A stretch of 64,000 nt of DNA from Octopus vulgaris (lineage: Eukaryota), in the NCBI GenBank assembly GCA_951406725.2, contig OX597826.1, positions 62,310,001 through 62,374,000 of the forward strand, given 5' to 3'. The translations under genes and the position numbers were made by a program. Positions 1-13,601 of this stretch are shown here, piece after piece. Each line of letters begins with the position of its first letter. The first letter of the stretch is position 1. The notes beneath the pieces were generated by a model that did not search any database, was not told the origin of the DNA, and saw only the letters and a program-made list of their open reading frames with translations.

Positions 1-1
1 A

Positions 2-988
2 GTATTCAAGGTGGGGTCGGGCAAAAGTGGAGAAGAGAAGGATAATGGTGTGGATATCTCTCGACTGGAAAGTTCTGAGAATCCAGGAACACATTCTGCG
101 GGCCATGTCAACTTTGGTGTTTATGTGAGTGGCCCAGCTTACGTTGTTGTCCACAATTACTCCCAAGTCTCTGATGTTGTTGGACGCCGCGAGAGTTTCA
201 CCTGAAGGAAGGGAGTATGGGAGTTTCAGGGCATCCTCTTTTCCAAAGTGGATTAGCTCAAATTTATCCTCGTTCAGCAGCATATTGTTTTTTTCTGCCC
301 ATTGGATAACAGCCAGTAGATCTGACTGAAGGCATGTCCGGTCACTCGCCTCATTTATGACCTTCTGTAGCTTGGAGTCATCTGCAAAGATTTTTATGTT
401 GCTGTGCTTGATGATGTCATTAATGTCATTAATGTAAATGATGAAAAGAAGTGGGCCCAGCACAGTGCCTTGCGGAACGCCACTACTGACTTTGGCTGGG
501 CTTGATTTTACCCCTTCAACTACAACATGTTGAGATCTGTCTGTCAGGAAACACTTAATCCATTTCAGTAACTTTCCAGAGACACCAATGTTGGATAGTT
601 TTTTCAATAGGATCTTGTGATCGACCCTGTCGAAGGCCTTACTGAAATCAAGGTAGATGACATCGGTGTTGGAGCCCTCTCCCAAAGCTCTCAAAATGTC
701 CTCAAAGTGATGCAGGAGCTGCGTTAGGCAGTCCCTTCCATTACGGAACCCATGTTGGTTGGAGATCAGCCGTCTGTTGCTTTCCAGAAATTGGGTTATT
801 TGAGATCTCACCACCCTCTCAAATACCTTGATGATATGAGAGGTGAGTGAGATCGGACGGTAATTCACTGCAAGGGACTTGTTTCCCTTTTTGAAAACTG
901 GGACAACAGACTGGGACAGAAGGTTTTTTGGAATATAGCCAGCATCCAGTGAGTTTCTCCACAGATTAGCAAGGGGAGATGCAAGTTG
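2..988 (-). CDS. CR1/L2-like LINE ORF2 reverse transcriptase, 5'-truncated at ~990, open frame running off the window edge
   Basis: Manual minus-strand translation has no stops: ...[31 protein letters not shown]...[15 protein letters not shown]...[16 protein letters not shown]...[20 protein letters not shown]...IFADDSKL...RDLGVIVD...ARPHLEY. Absent from the ORF track because it has no stop in the window. Confidence 0.93.
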
Positions 989-1203
989 GTGTCGACACAC
1001 CTTCAGGACACAAGCAGGACACATATACATTCAGGACACATATACATGTGTGTGTATGTGTTTTGTGGTGTACGCATGAAAATAAACACGCACACATAAT
1101 TAGAAATGTATATGCCTTAGACATATACACAGCTGATACATACATATATATATATATATACATACATATATATATATACATACATATATATATATACATA
1201 CAT

Positions 1204-1246
<43 letters not shown>

Positions 1247-1785
1247 CACATATATATATATACACATATATATACACATATATTTATGTATGTATATATA
1301 TATACATACATATATATATATATATATACATATACACAAACACACATGTATATATATATATATATGTGTGTGCGCTAAGATAAACGGAATAGCAGAACAT
1401 TTATTTTACTATGGGTTCTATTTACTCATCGAGGTTAAACGTATGTTTATGAAACCTAAGAGTATAAATAAATTTGCACCATATATTACATGTCACTATC
1501 TGAATTTGTGTATAGGTTTTATACTTATAGCTATGTTTTATAACGTAGATTGTATTTATATACTTGTCATATTTACATATAAAATATACATTTTTCGTGT
1601 GATTACTTTGAATTTCTCCTCGATAAATATTTCTTTTTTATATAAATTAAATTCTTCATAAAACTCGCGAGACTGATTTAATATTTAATTCGATAAAGTT
1701 TATGAATAATTAAATTTTTTCAGTATTATATTATCTTATATATTATATAAAACTATTATCTAAAACTCATGTTTTATATTTAATA

Positions 1786-2160
1786 CTAGTACATGACCCG
1801 ACATGATTTCTTCACGGAATAAGCTATATTGGCGTTCACTCAAATGTCGGTATAGAGTCAAGCAAAAAACTAATTATCTATAAGAAGTTAAAGATAGTGT
1901 TTCTATAAAAGAATCGTTTAACAGAACTAAAGGAAACAAAAAAAAAAACAGCTACGCCACAAATCATAGCGACGGTTTCCCCGTAGAACTGTACGTAGGC
2001 TAATCGCAGCGATAATAATATTTGCTATCTGAGTGAGATAGGGTAACGTGAATGTGATGTCCTCAAGAATAAAACGCATCGCCCTGTCTACGGCGATGCG
2101 TTTATGAGTTCAACACCTCAAGCCCTGATCTCGGTACCTCCACAACTATGCTTTTATACA
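1786..2160 (-). mobile_element. Probable non-autonomous Helitron
   Basis: Minus strand begins TATAAAAGCATAGTTGTG (compare the 5' end of the element at 42239) and ends ...GTCGGGTCATGTACTAG|T; internal hairpin AAACGCATCGCC-N8-GGCGATGCGTTT. Confidence 0.55.
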
Positions 2161-2210
2161 TACATACATACTACACACACGCACACACACATACACACAC
2201 ATACACACAC

Positions 2211-2254
<44 letters not shown>

Positions 2255-2256
<2 letters not shown>

Positions 2257-2344
2257 CACTAGGGCAAGTGAGTTCTTCTATACTCTCGGGCCGACTAAAC
2301 CCTTGCGAGTGAATTTGGTAGACGGAAAATGAAAGAAGCCCGTC

Positions 2345-2398
<54 letters not shown>

Positions 2399-2645
2399 AT
2401 GTGTGTGTGTGTGTGTGTGTACATGTGTGTGTACGTGTGTGTGTGTGTGTGATTGTGACACCATCAGCACTCGACGACTGGTGCTGGTGTGTTTACCTCC
2501 CAGTAACTGAGCTGTTCGGCGAAAGTAACCGATGGAATACGTATTTTAAAAATGAGCCTTAACTCAATTTGATCGACTAAAATCCTTCAAGGCGGTGCTC
2601 CAGCTTGGCCGCAGTCAAGTTACTAAAACAAATAAAAGAATAAAA
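2255..2645 (+). mobile_element. tRNA-type SINE family A with internal (TA)/(TG) microsatellite, 5'-truncated
   Basis: Shares GGGCAAGTG..., GGTAGACGGAAA-TGAAAGAAGCCCGTCG, GGTGCTCCAGC-TGGCCGCAGTCAA and the AAAAGAATAAAAG tail with copies at 33110, 50870, 53320 and 56695. Confidence 0.8.
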
Positions 2646-2789
2646 GCATACTTGCACACACACACATGTATATATATATATATATATATATATCGTCTTC
2701 TAAGAGTTATACGTTCTTGTCCATGTTGTATTTTTCTACATACCTTAATATATATATATATATATGTATGTATATATGTGTGCATGTAT

Positions 2790-2886
<97 letters not shown>

Positions 2887-2934
2887 CAGACAGATAGACA
2901 GACAAATAGACAGACAGACTGGCAGACAATAGAT

Positions 2935-3121
2935 AAGTTTCTTTTCTTTTGCCACATAGGGCTGAACACAGAGGGGACATATACAAATGTAGAGCTTTTC
3001 TTTTCGAAAATGAAAAAAAAGGGATCGAAATGGATCGGGAAAAAGAAAAGAGGATCAAAAGGGATCGGGTATCACAGAAGAATTTAAAATGTGTAAAAGT
3101 AAGATTAGGTTTATCTGTGGA
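2935..3121 (-). mobile_element. 3'UTR fragment of the Tx1-like element found at 13601-15667, abutting (GATA)n
   Basis: GTTTCTTT..GCCACA.AGGGCTG.ACACAGA...GTAGAGCTTTTCTTTT...GATCAAAAGGGATCG...ATCACAGAA...AGGTTTA.C.GTGGAA is colinear with 13603-13897. Confidence 0.8.
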
Positions 3122-3145
3122 ACATATATATATATATACATATCT

Positions 3146-3211
<66 letters not shown>

Positions 3212-3603
3212 ATAAACAAAAATTCAAAAACTAGAGTAATGGAGAGAAATATGAACAGTAATGGATATGTAACTGTGGATTTGCACTTTCATTGATATTG
3301 TAATATAGTGAAACACATATAAAAGTGAACGAATGTATTCATCCTGTGATCTTTACCAAACCTTATCAGAGAAAATGCTATTGTTAGTATCTGCGCATTC
3401 GATTACGTTAAAGTGTATGTAACCTTCATTTAGATTTTATGCCCATAAGAGGTGTCCGAATAACGAAATGAGCATTATTAACGATGTACTTAATTGTACA
3501 AAACGCCCAGCAACTAAAAAGAAATAAAGAAAATACTGTCAAAGTGTTAGTGTCATGAAAGGTTATATCAATATTCACATACACATACATGCACACACAC
3601 ATA

Positions 3604-3662
<59 letters not shown>

Positions 3663-3957
3663 AGAGTGTCTATGTATGCGTGTTGAATATATTTTTGGGA
3701 CAGAGATAAATCTATATTATCTCAATGAATTCTCAATGAATTCTCGATGAATAGTATTGATTTCATGTTTGGATTATTGCCATCTTTTTGCGGGTAATTA
3801 CCGAGATTGTGTTTCAATAATACTAAAGCGAGAAAACGATGCTGAGTTGTTAGATTAATGAACGATCATCATTGAAATGAATGGTTTGTGTTCCATCACT
3901 TCCACGTGAGAAGAAGATAGTATGCTTTTTTTTTTTTTTCAGGTAATGAATGATCTA

Positions 3958-4445
3958 TCGGGTTGTTCGGAAAGTTCGAGTCGATTTATAGTAACTTACC
4001 TTTCGACTTATTTTAGAACATGGTTGAGTCCATAAAATAGGATTTGACTACATCTCCATTTAGAGCACAGTTTAAGCTATCTTTTCGTTTAAGAAGGTAT
4101 ATGTTCCTATATCCTGTGTTAATTATGTAACCGTTTAAAATGGAAGATAAGAAAGTTCATTTTCGGCACTTGATGCTTTTCTTCTCCCGTAAAGGGAAAA
4201 ATGCCTCACAAGCAACCAAAGAAATATGCGCAGTTTACGGTGATATTTCTTTATCCGAATTAACTGTACGTAAGTGGTTCGCAAGGTTCCGAGCTGGAGA
4301 TTGTAGCCTTATTGATGCGTACAGTATTGGCAGACCATCCACTGTAGATGATGACCAAATCAAGTCTTTAATTGAGAATAACCCGTATTGCACAACCCGA
4401 GAATTGGCACTATATTTTCAAATATGCTCTTCCCTTATTTTATAG
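3958..4445 (+). mobile_element. Mariner transposon 5' remnant (left TIR plus N-terminal HTH of transposase, ORF 4140-4445)
   Basis: TA|TCGGGTTGTTCGGAAAGTT terminus; MEDKKVHFRHLMLFF..KGKNASQATKEICAVYG...TVRKWFARFRAGD.SL.D...GRPSTVDDDQIKSLIENNP...TRELA is a Mos1/SETMAR-type HTH; catalytic domain absent. Confidence 0.9.
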
Positions 4446-5309
4446 CATAGTTTTCAATGTAAGGAATACGGTTATAATTTCTTACAGATTAAGTTAGGAA
4501 TTAAAAGCTAGTTTAACCTCCATTTGTTGAGGACTTAATAAAAACGATATCATTTGTCTTACATGGACCCACGGGAGAACGATAGTCAGTGAATGCCCGA
4601 TGGACCGAATAAACGGCTAAATCAGAAAGAAGAAATAAAGAAAAGGTAAAACCTATTCAAATATAGAGTCAATGTCTTCTGAACGAAAAGCTTGTGTAAA
4701 CATCATAATACTTATAAATGTATTTACCACTGGATTATTTGGTAAATGTACAAACAGATATATCGAAAATGTAAGAGGCTTACACATTTGTATCACTTAA
4801 AAGCCATGTTTGTCCAGATCTCTTCTTCGATGTTAAGTTAAAACTTGAAATAACCAAGACGATCGTGTTTCTTTTTTCGTCTCTTAATATAATATCATTC
4901 TTCAGAGAATTTCAAACACGACGTACGTGCTATTATATTGCATAATTTTTTCTTATTTTTTTTTTACTGCGGAAGTACTTACATCTCCGAAAGTAATATG
5001 TCAGTGATATTCAACAATGATATTTTGTATCGTGCATATATACAATACAAAATATATTGTTGATGAATGTATTAAAAAAAAAATGATTGCTCTAAAACAA
5101 TTATGGCGTTAAATGAAGTTAAACAAGACAATTCAATTGTGATTTCGAAAGTGAACATTTGTATTCCAGTAACCTAAATATAATGCATTAAACATCATCA
5201 AATGCAGTCCAGAGAATAGTTGCATTTCTGTTATATCAAATGATTCTCACGCTATTTATGAACCTATGAGGTTTTGCTGAAAAATTCTTGGCTTTGAGTA
5301 AAAGAAAGT

Positions 5310-5480
5310 ACACAAGGGTTGGTTAATTATGATTTTATTCAACATATACCACTCTCAGATTCACACACTTATTGCTGCACTCCTTCGGGCTTTCTAAGAT
5401 TTGAAAAAGAACTCAAAATTTTGAGCCTCCAGCCAGCGTTTCATGAGATCATTAGACCTAGGAAATATTCCACATCCCTT
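5310..5480 (-). mobile_element. Degenerate copy of the mariner-type MITE at 21136
   Basis: Reverse complement (GAATCTGAGAGTGGTATATGTTGAATAAAATCATAATTAACC) aligns with 21266-21310. Confidence 0.55.
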
Positions 5481-5553
5481 TCTACATTTGCCTTCTAAGA
5501 GTGATAGAAACGTATGTGCGTGTGTGTATGTTTTTCATTATATACATATATAA

Positions 5554-5750
5554 AGGCGGCGAACTGGCAGAAGTGCTCGCGCACTGAAAGAAATGCTTAG
5601 CAGTATTTCGACCGTCACTACGTTCTGAGTTCAAACTCCGCCGAGGTCGACTTTGCCTTTCACCCTTCGGAATAGATAAAATAATATCACTGGGGTTGTG
5701 ATCGACTCATCCCCAACTCCCATAAGGTGCCTTTGTGGCAAACATTTGAA
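5554..5750 (+). mobile_element. tRNA-derived SINE family B
   Basis: A-box-like GGCGGCGAACTGGCAGAAG, B-box GAGTTCAAACTCC, central GTCGACTTTGCCTTTCA-CC-TTCGG...GATAAAATAA; related copies at 24040, 32865, 41250 and 45480. Confidence 0.8.
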
Positions 5751-5956
5751 ATAATTATATACACATATGTTTACATATACATATGCAATTAAAAAATAGG
5801 ATAAAATCTTTATAAGAATTTATCAAGTAGCTAGTGTGAAAAACCTCATAACGGAAAAATCTATCAATTATTCCTCTTAAATATATATACATATATATAT
5901 ATAGATGTATTTACATGCATAAATACATATATGTAAATATATGTATGTATATACAC

Positions 5957-5996
<40 letters not shown>

Positions 5997-6073
5997 TTAT
6001 TTCCCTTTTTTAATTTCTTATATACATTACAACTCACAACGTGGGGATATTCGAAATTCCTCTTTTCTGTTAC

Positions 6074-6113
<40 letters not shown>

Positions 6114-6140
6114 GTGTGTGCGTATATGTATACATATATA

Positions 6141-6375
6141 TAAGGTTGGCCAAAAGTCACCCGACAATAAATTAAAATTCACTTAATATTCAATTTTATT
6201 TATTCATTCTAATTATGAATGTTTAATGATTGAATGCTGTGTGTTAAAATCACCGTTTCCCTTTTTCAATATTTGTCTATTTATTAGCGAAATATCATAT
6301 AAAATAATTTTTTCCTTTAATCTCGGAATTCAATGAGTTTTGATTTAATAATCAAGTTACCTTTGGGCAAACTTA
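6141..6375. mobile_element. Tc1/mariner-type MITE
   Basis: Imperfect TIRs TAAGGTTGGCCAAAAGTCACC and (reverse complement) TAAGTTTGCCCAAAGGTAACT with TA ends; AT-rich non-coding interior. Confidence 0.65.
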
Positions 6376-6395
6376 TGTGTAAACATAATAATACA

Positions 6396-6443
<48 letters not shown>

Positions 6444-6712
6444 GTGTGTGTATAGCCGTAGAGGCGTGTATGCTTATATACCTATGTGTGTATGTATGCA
6501 TGTACGTATGTGTTTATTCATCTATTGGGTGAATGCTCACGCGCTTGAGCGTATGATTGTTTTGCAACAATCATACATATGTTGAGTACATAATTTTGCA
6601 TATATATATATGTGTGAGTATATGTGTGTGTTTATGTGTGTTTATTTATATATGTGTATATATATATATATAAATATATGTATACACACACATACACACA
6701 CACACACATATG

Positions 6713-6743
<31 letters not shown>

Positions 6744-7393
6744 CTATGTATGTACGTATGTATTTATGCAGATATGTATCATGCTTATTACAACAGAACC
6801 CTAAAAGTTACAGATGCACGCTGATTGTTAGATCTGAGAATACGAGTTTATGCAAATGCGTGTGCGTATATATGATCGCAATTGTGCGAGCGAGTGTATA
6901 TAAGTACCTAAGCTGCTTTACTGGAATATGCTCATATGCTTGAAATTGGAAAGGAAAGAAACAAAAGAGAAATCTGATATACAACCAGGAGATATTCCGT
7001 TCTTTGCCAACGATCACATGTGATAAATCAATATAAGATCGATAGGTAGACGTCCGATCGAAATATCCTATAAACGCCTTTTATACTGTGTTAGACCCTC
7101 GAACTGATAATGTGATTACCTGAAAAGAAGATTAATCTTAAGTGAATGTCTAATATTTCGTTCCTTTTGTAGTCCATATTATCAGCTTATAACCACTTAC
7201 ATCATCTAAAAGCTGTTTACGTGAAATACTATTTTAATAGAAAATACAAAAAAAATCAAAATCGTTCCGAAACTAAGACTTTAATAAACACTTGGACTGA
7301 TCATTACCGATCAAGGAGGTAGTGAAACATGACACCAGTATCATTTACTTTCGTATGAGATCAAGTATTTGTATAATTATATAGGAATGTATA

Positions 7394-7462
<69 letters not shown>

Positions 7463-7607
7463 AGAGTGAGAAAGAGGGAGGGAGAGAGAGGGAGAGAGAG
7501 ATTGAGAGAGATAAATAGATAGATAAAACGACAGACAGAGATAGATTGACTGATAGATAAATATAAATACGTATATATATATATGTATGTATATATATAT
7601 GTATATG

Positions 7608-7666
<59 letters not shown>

Positions 7667-7703
7667 GTGTGTATATATATATATGTGTGTGTGTGTATGT
7701 GTG

Positions 7704-7738
<35 letters not shown>

Positions 7739-7829
7739 TGGAAGCAACAGAGTGCCCCGAGCCCGGGCACGTAACTAATTCTTGAGCATTTCTGTTTGCA
7801 TCACCAAATATACATACATACTTACAAAT

Positions 7830-7889
<60 letters not shown>

Positions 7890-8244
7890 GCACAATCTCT
7901 TGTCGGGAGCAAAATTGACATCGAGACATTCAACCATATGCTTCTTTACAACGAATAATGTAATTTAGATATTTCCAATTTCTTATAGATCAGCTTAAAC
8001 AGCGTCACAGAAATGCTGACTCAAGTCTCTTTACAGTATACATTAAAATCTACACTAAAGTTTTCACCATAAGTTTGATTCCAGTCTAAAACTAATTCCT
8101 TTGTTTTCACGTAACAGAAAAACCCTCTTAAAAGTTCTGATATCGCAGTCAATTGGATGTCGAAAAGTTATATCCGACTACAAAATACATAATATGAGAA
8201 AAAAAATATTTGTATACGGAGGTGGGGTTCTATTTTGGTTTAAA

Positions 8245-8312
<68 letters not shown>

Positions 8313-8441
8313 ATATATATAGGAATAAAAAATTATATATAAAGAACGTGAAATACACGAAGGGACGAACACGGAAAACAGACATGCCATTCGAAGCCTT
8401 CAATCTTCAGTCAGAAATCGAATCATCATGGAAAATTTCGG

Positions 8442-8504
<63 letters not shown>

Positions 8505-9540
8505 CAATAATACATATTTGTTTCTTATCTCATAAAACTGTTTTCGCTTTTCAGCATCGAATAACAAGTAGGCAACTTTCACCAAATATATATGTTTCTT
8601 TTTGATTGATACCTGCAATTTATTAGTAAACTCTCGTAGTTAGATAATCTAACAGACAAGGTTTGAATCAAATATCGGTGGTGCTTTAACTTCTACCTCA
8701 CAATTGAAAACTACAATCAAGTCATAGGAAATGTATTTTGTTTATTTGAGAAAAAAGAACAAGAAGAAAAATAAAACATTTCTTATTTAGTTTCAATATT
8801 TTTCTAGATTAAACACGATCGTTATTGGAAATCTCTAGGAGATTATAGACCAACAGTCAGTGTTATGGTATATATATATGTATATATATATAGATGTATA
8901 TACACACACACCCATACATATATATGTATGTCTCTGTATAAATATATATATATATATATGTACATATATATATATATATACATATATGTATGAATGTATA
9001 TACTTAAGTATTTGTACATATACACACGCATAAAGATATAATTTTGTCCTATAGAGGTTAAATAATGAACTTATAAGTCAAATCGATGTAAAAAAAATGA
9101 GAAAAGATTTTGTATAAATATTCGATAAAATGTGACACGAAGTTTAAAGTCAATCTGCTAATACTATTATGAATATTTATACTAGAAAGAAAGAAAAAAA
9201 AAGTCATCTACGACCATATTATGCAGAATATAAAAATTGAAGTCTAGTTAATAGGAAGTGATGTTTTAATATGATAGGACAGGTAGATCTGTGTAAAGAT
9301 ATATATACATACATATACACTTAGACACAGACATACGTAGATGGGCACAAAAATACACATAGACACATACACATAGAGGCGCACAGAAACACACGATTAG
9401 CTATATATATACATGTATGCCCGTGCTGATGTACACGTTAGTAAATGGATGTATGAATGGATGCATGTGTGTGTATATACATATATAAAACATATAATAT
9501 ATATGTATGTAGGTATATATATTCATGCATATGTGTCTGT

Positions 9541-9591
<51 letters not shown>

Positions 9592-9602
9592 TATACATAT
9601 GC

Positions 9603-9640
<38 letters not shown>

Positions 9641-9726
9641 GGGTTAATCGAAGTATACAATATTATATGCAAATGTAGCTGTGTTTTCATGCGTGTGCGT
9701 GTGTTGGTGTGTGTACATGCGCGCTC

Positions 9727-10401
9727 ACGAGGGGTTACCCAGAACTAACCGGAAAGTTTTTTCTGTCACACAAGCCCGTTTTAGTTCAGGTTTCGGCTGC
9801 TAATAGCAATTTGATGTGACCCTCAGGCATCAGTGTGTCCACCGGCGTCGTGCGGTGTTGTCATACTGCCACTAGGTCCATATTGGATTTGAAGTGCTTC
9901 TCCCCTTTTCGTCAATTTTTGCGATGGCTGTGCTTCCGTGAAATTCTGTTTTCTATTGGAAAAACACAAGTTTACAAGTGGTTTTTATGCCTTGGGAATG
10001 GTCACTTGAGGACAAAACTTGTTCATCTCAAATGTCGACCTCTCGAACGAACGAAAACATGAAAGTACATGAAGTGATTTTGGAAGACTGTCACCGAACA
10101 ATTGAGGAACATGTTGATATGACTTGTGTCTTGGAGCTCCTGCCAACGAATTTTGAATGAGGAATTGCGAATTAAAAGAGTTGCAGCAAAATGTGTGCCT
10201 CGCTTGCTTACGGAAGATCAAAAGCAGTCAAGACTGAATGCGTGTCGTGAACTGAAAGAGCAGTTGGAAAATAATCCGGATAGTTTTTTGAAGGTGATTA
10301 ATGGTGACAAAAGCTGGTGCTACTGAATTTGAAAATGTGGAAGAGGTGAAGGAAAGAACGACGAATTGCAAAATTCCGGTTTCATTTGGTTACCCTTTCG
10401 T
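9727..10401 (+). mobile_element. Internally deleted, frameshifted mariner element
   Basis: TIRs ACGAGGGGTTACCCAGAACTAACCGGAA and (rc) ACGAAAGGGTAACCAAATGAAACCGGAA; fragments RPSTSRTNEN..KVHEVILED, SCQRILNEELRIKRVAAKCVPRLLTEDQKQSRLNACREL...VINGDKSWCY (WVPREL and TGDE motifs). Confidence 0.88.
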
Positions 10402-11706
10402 TTGTATAATTTGGTGAGTCTCTCTTTGTCTGTCTAGCGCTGTTTGATCATCGGAGAAGTTTCATGTGTCTATGTCACTTAGAGTTTCGCCATGTAGAAT
10501 CAGCTAGAATAAGCACGAGATTTAAAATAAATCCTGAGGTAAATTTCCTAATTACTCGAATGTGGTACCTCAATATGATCACAGGCTAATGAATGAAGCT
10601 TATCAAACAATGTATGCAGAAGTCTTATTCGTATAATGAGTCCGAAAATTGTACCTAAAATTGCATGTTATATGTATCTAGCAAGTGCACCTGCAATGCG
10701 TGCTGGGGAAGCAATTCTAAAATTCATTTGCTTCTGAATGCTCTGAAAATGGCAAGCGAGAAGGGACCCAGAAAAATTTGCTACGTATATATCTATGCAT
10801 ATGGCTTGATAAATGTGTCTCTCGGAGCCCCTACAGAGTGAGATGTCATATTTCAGTAAGTATTGCAGTGTGAATTGTCATTTACAATGTTTCGTAGGTT
10901 GGAAAGAGTCAATGCAAGGTAATTAAATAAATAAATAAATGACATGATGGATGGTACAATAGAAGTTACATTATAATATATAGCGTAATACATTATACAT
11001 TTGCTTAATTTCGCCTTAAACAGAGAGGAAGGATACTGGACATATAACACAGGACGTTTCGCTTAGTATATATGATTAGTACTTAAAAACCACTTTGGCA
11101 TTACACCTCCCGCTGCAAATATGATGAGAGGGAGGACGTTCGCTAACTTTGAAGTTACAGAGATTGTGATCTCGATATTTGTCTTTTCCAGGAGTTTTTC
11201 ATTTTTTTTCTTTTTTATTTCTTTTAGATCTACATCAGCTTTGAGATTCCGTTTTTTCTTACTTGCAAGAAACAGATCTTCGATAACCCGTATGCTTCTT
11301 TTGAAGACAGAATCTGTATCTCAAAGAGAATTGGTTGCTCTTTCTAGCATAAAGAATGGACATGTAGAGGTACCCACATTGTCATGGCTTTTGTAAGTGC
11401 ATGTAGATGGAGGATGGCTGCCAAAATTACCATGTTTGAACTCATATGTGCGTATATAGTATACACTGTGTATATAGTTGCTAAGTGCATGCTGCCGTTT
11501 GATGTCGCTGCTATTTTGCAATAATGCGTACTTGTGATTGTGAAGAAGTGTCTACTTTTGACTTTGGTGCGTTTGTTTTCCTATATACAACGTATACAAA
11601 TATACATATATACGTACCTATTAATTATAATAATAATAAAGGGTAAAATCATAAATGAGTTTTACCATGTGGTAAGCGCGAAAATAAAACCTCGTAGGTA
11701 GATTAA

Positions 11707-12015
11707 TATAAATATCTTATAATTATGTACATAATTATAACAAGGGCTTGGCTTGCGCCTCACCACGCACTGAAAAATAGACGTCAGAAGACACTATTGC
11801 CACGAGAAAAACACACTACACATAGGTCAGTAGAAGAAAGAAAATGAGTTTGTAATTTGTAATTCATTTTCTTTCTTCTACTAGCCTATATGTAGCGTGT
11901 TTTCTTGGAGAATTTATGGTGGTAATAGTGTCTTTTGACGTCTATTTTTCAGTTCCTGGTGAGGCGCAAGCCAAGCCCTTGTTATAATTATGTACATAAT
12001 TATAAAATATTTATA
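11707..12015. repeat. Fold-back inverted repeat (~145-bp arms, ~15-nt spacer), part of a TA-associated non-coding element starting ~11630
   Basis: TATAATTATGTACATAATTATAACAAGGGCTTGGCTTGCGCCTCACCA...AGTAGAAGAAAGAAAATGA is mirrored by TCATTTTCTTTCTTCTACT...TGGTGAGGCGCAAGCCAAGCCCTTGTTATAATTATGTACATAATTATA. Confidence 0.92.
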
Positions 12016-12175
12016 TATACGTACCTATATAGACATTTGTACGTACCTATATACGCATTCGTACGTACATAATTTTTTGGTATTATGTATGTTGTTATTT
12101 ATTCAATAAGCAGCAGGCCATTGTTAATTGGTAGCATTGTCTTTAATATATATTGTAAACCATAAAATACTATCA

Positions 12176-12332
12176 GAAGAAGAAGAAGAAGAAGAAGAAG
12201 AAGAAGAAGAAGAAGAAGAAGAAGAAGAAGAAGAAGAAATGGCTAATGATTTTTGGCGTCAGACTTGTCGAAAATAGAACTGAAGGAGGAGGAGAAGAAG
12301 AAGAAGAAGAAGAAGAAGAAGAAGAAGAAGAA

Positions 12333-12394
<62 letters not shown>

Positions 12395-12528
12395 AGAAGA
12401 AGAAGAAGAAGAAGAAGAAGAAGAAGAAGAAATGGCTAATGATTTTTGGCGTCAGACTTGTCGAAAATAGAACTGAAGGAGGAGGAGAAGAAGAAGAAGA
12501 AGAAGAAGAAGAAGAAGAAGAAGAAGAA

Positions 12529-12575
<47 letters not shown>

Positions 12576-12618
12576 AGAAGAAGAAGAAGAAGAAGAAGAA
12601 GAAGAAGAAGAAGAAGAA
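12176..12618. repeat. (GAA)n array interrupted twice by an identical 45-bp unique motif
   Basis: ATGGCTAATGATTTTTGGCGTCAGACTTGTCGAAAATAGAACTGA at 12239 and 12432 (period 193 bp). Confidence 0.95.
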
Positions 12619-12849
12619 ATCAGCGACAATAAATTGATCAGCAGCATTGAAATATAAATTCTATCCTCAAATCTTCGAGACTTGATGTATAAGTAAATAA
12701 GAATTTAAGAGATAGTTTGAACGGATCCCAACTCGGCTACTTTCATCAGTACGAAGAACGTGTGGAACAACTACAACGCTAACAACAAGCAAACGCCAAC
12801 ATCATCAGTAATAACAGAGACTTCAACAATACATTTACGCAGATGCTTT

Positions 12850-13137
12850 ATAGAGGCTCCAGAGCGTCGGCTGCGGGGTCACTCCGAAAAGCTCTATCTA
12901 CGACGATTTCATCTCAATCGAAGGAGAGGGGCTTTCAGGGTCCGGGTTGCGGATCCGTGGAATAAGCTACCGGACGAGATAGTGAAGATGCTGACGACCG
13001 CTCGGTTCAAAGTCTCCCTTAACCACAAATGACCTGAACTCTTTACATGAACACCACCCTGTACATAACTCCATTTCCCCCTACATGGCCTTGCTTTTTG
13101 CTTTTTGAGCCAAAAAATTAACTTAACTTAACTTAAC
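12850..13137 (+). mobile_element. CR1/L2-like LINE 3' end fragment with (ACTTA)n tail
   Basis: RRLRGHSEKLYLRRFHLNRRRGAFRVRVADPWNKLPDEIV...FKVSL is the typical CR1 C-terminus (RGH..KL...F..RV...WN.LP); short 3'UTR ends in TAACTTAACTTAACTTAACT. Confidence 0.88.
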
Positions 13138-13546
13138 TATATGTGTTTTTGCATGTATGTATAAACACACGCACACGCACACGCCCGCGTGCAGGAATAC
13201 ACGAATGCACACGCTAACACACACACATACACACACGCACGCAGACACACATGCACACACACGCACACACGCAAACACACACAGAGGCAAGCGCATATAT
13301 ACTGATATAGATTAGACAATTGCAGTACTATAATATACATGGTTCTTGGACAATTATCTGCAACAACGTTTCATTGTTGGTCATACAGAAGACTCTCCGT
13401 GTGCGCGCGCGCTGTGTGCGTCCGTGTGTGTTTGTGTATGGTTAGATTAAGCATGAATATATATACATAGTCACACTCACACACACACACATATATATAT
13501 ACATACATACATAGTCCTACATAGATAGTCATATATATATATATAT

Positions 13547-13600
<54 letters not shown>

Positions 13601-13601
<1 letters not shown>

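Noticed and set aside
5554-5640. tRNA gene (A and B boxes); similarly at 32690-32760
   Set aside because: No cloverleaf, and the boxes are heads of multi-copy SINEs.
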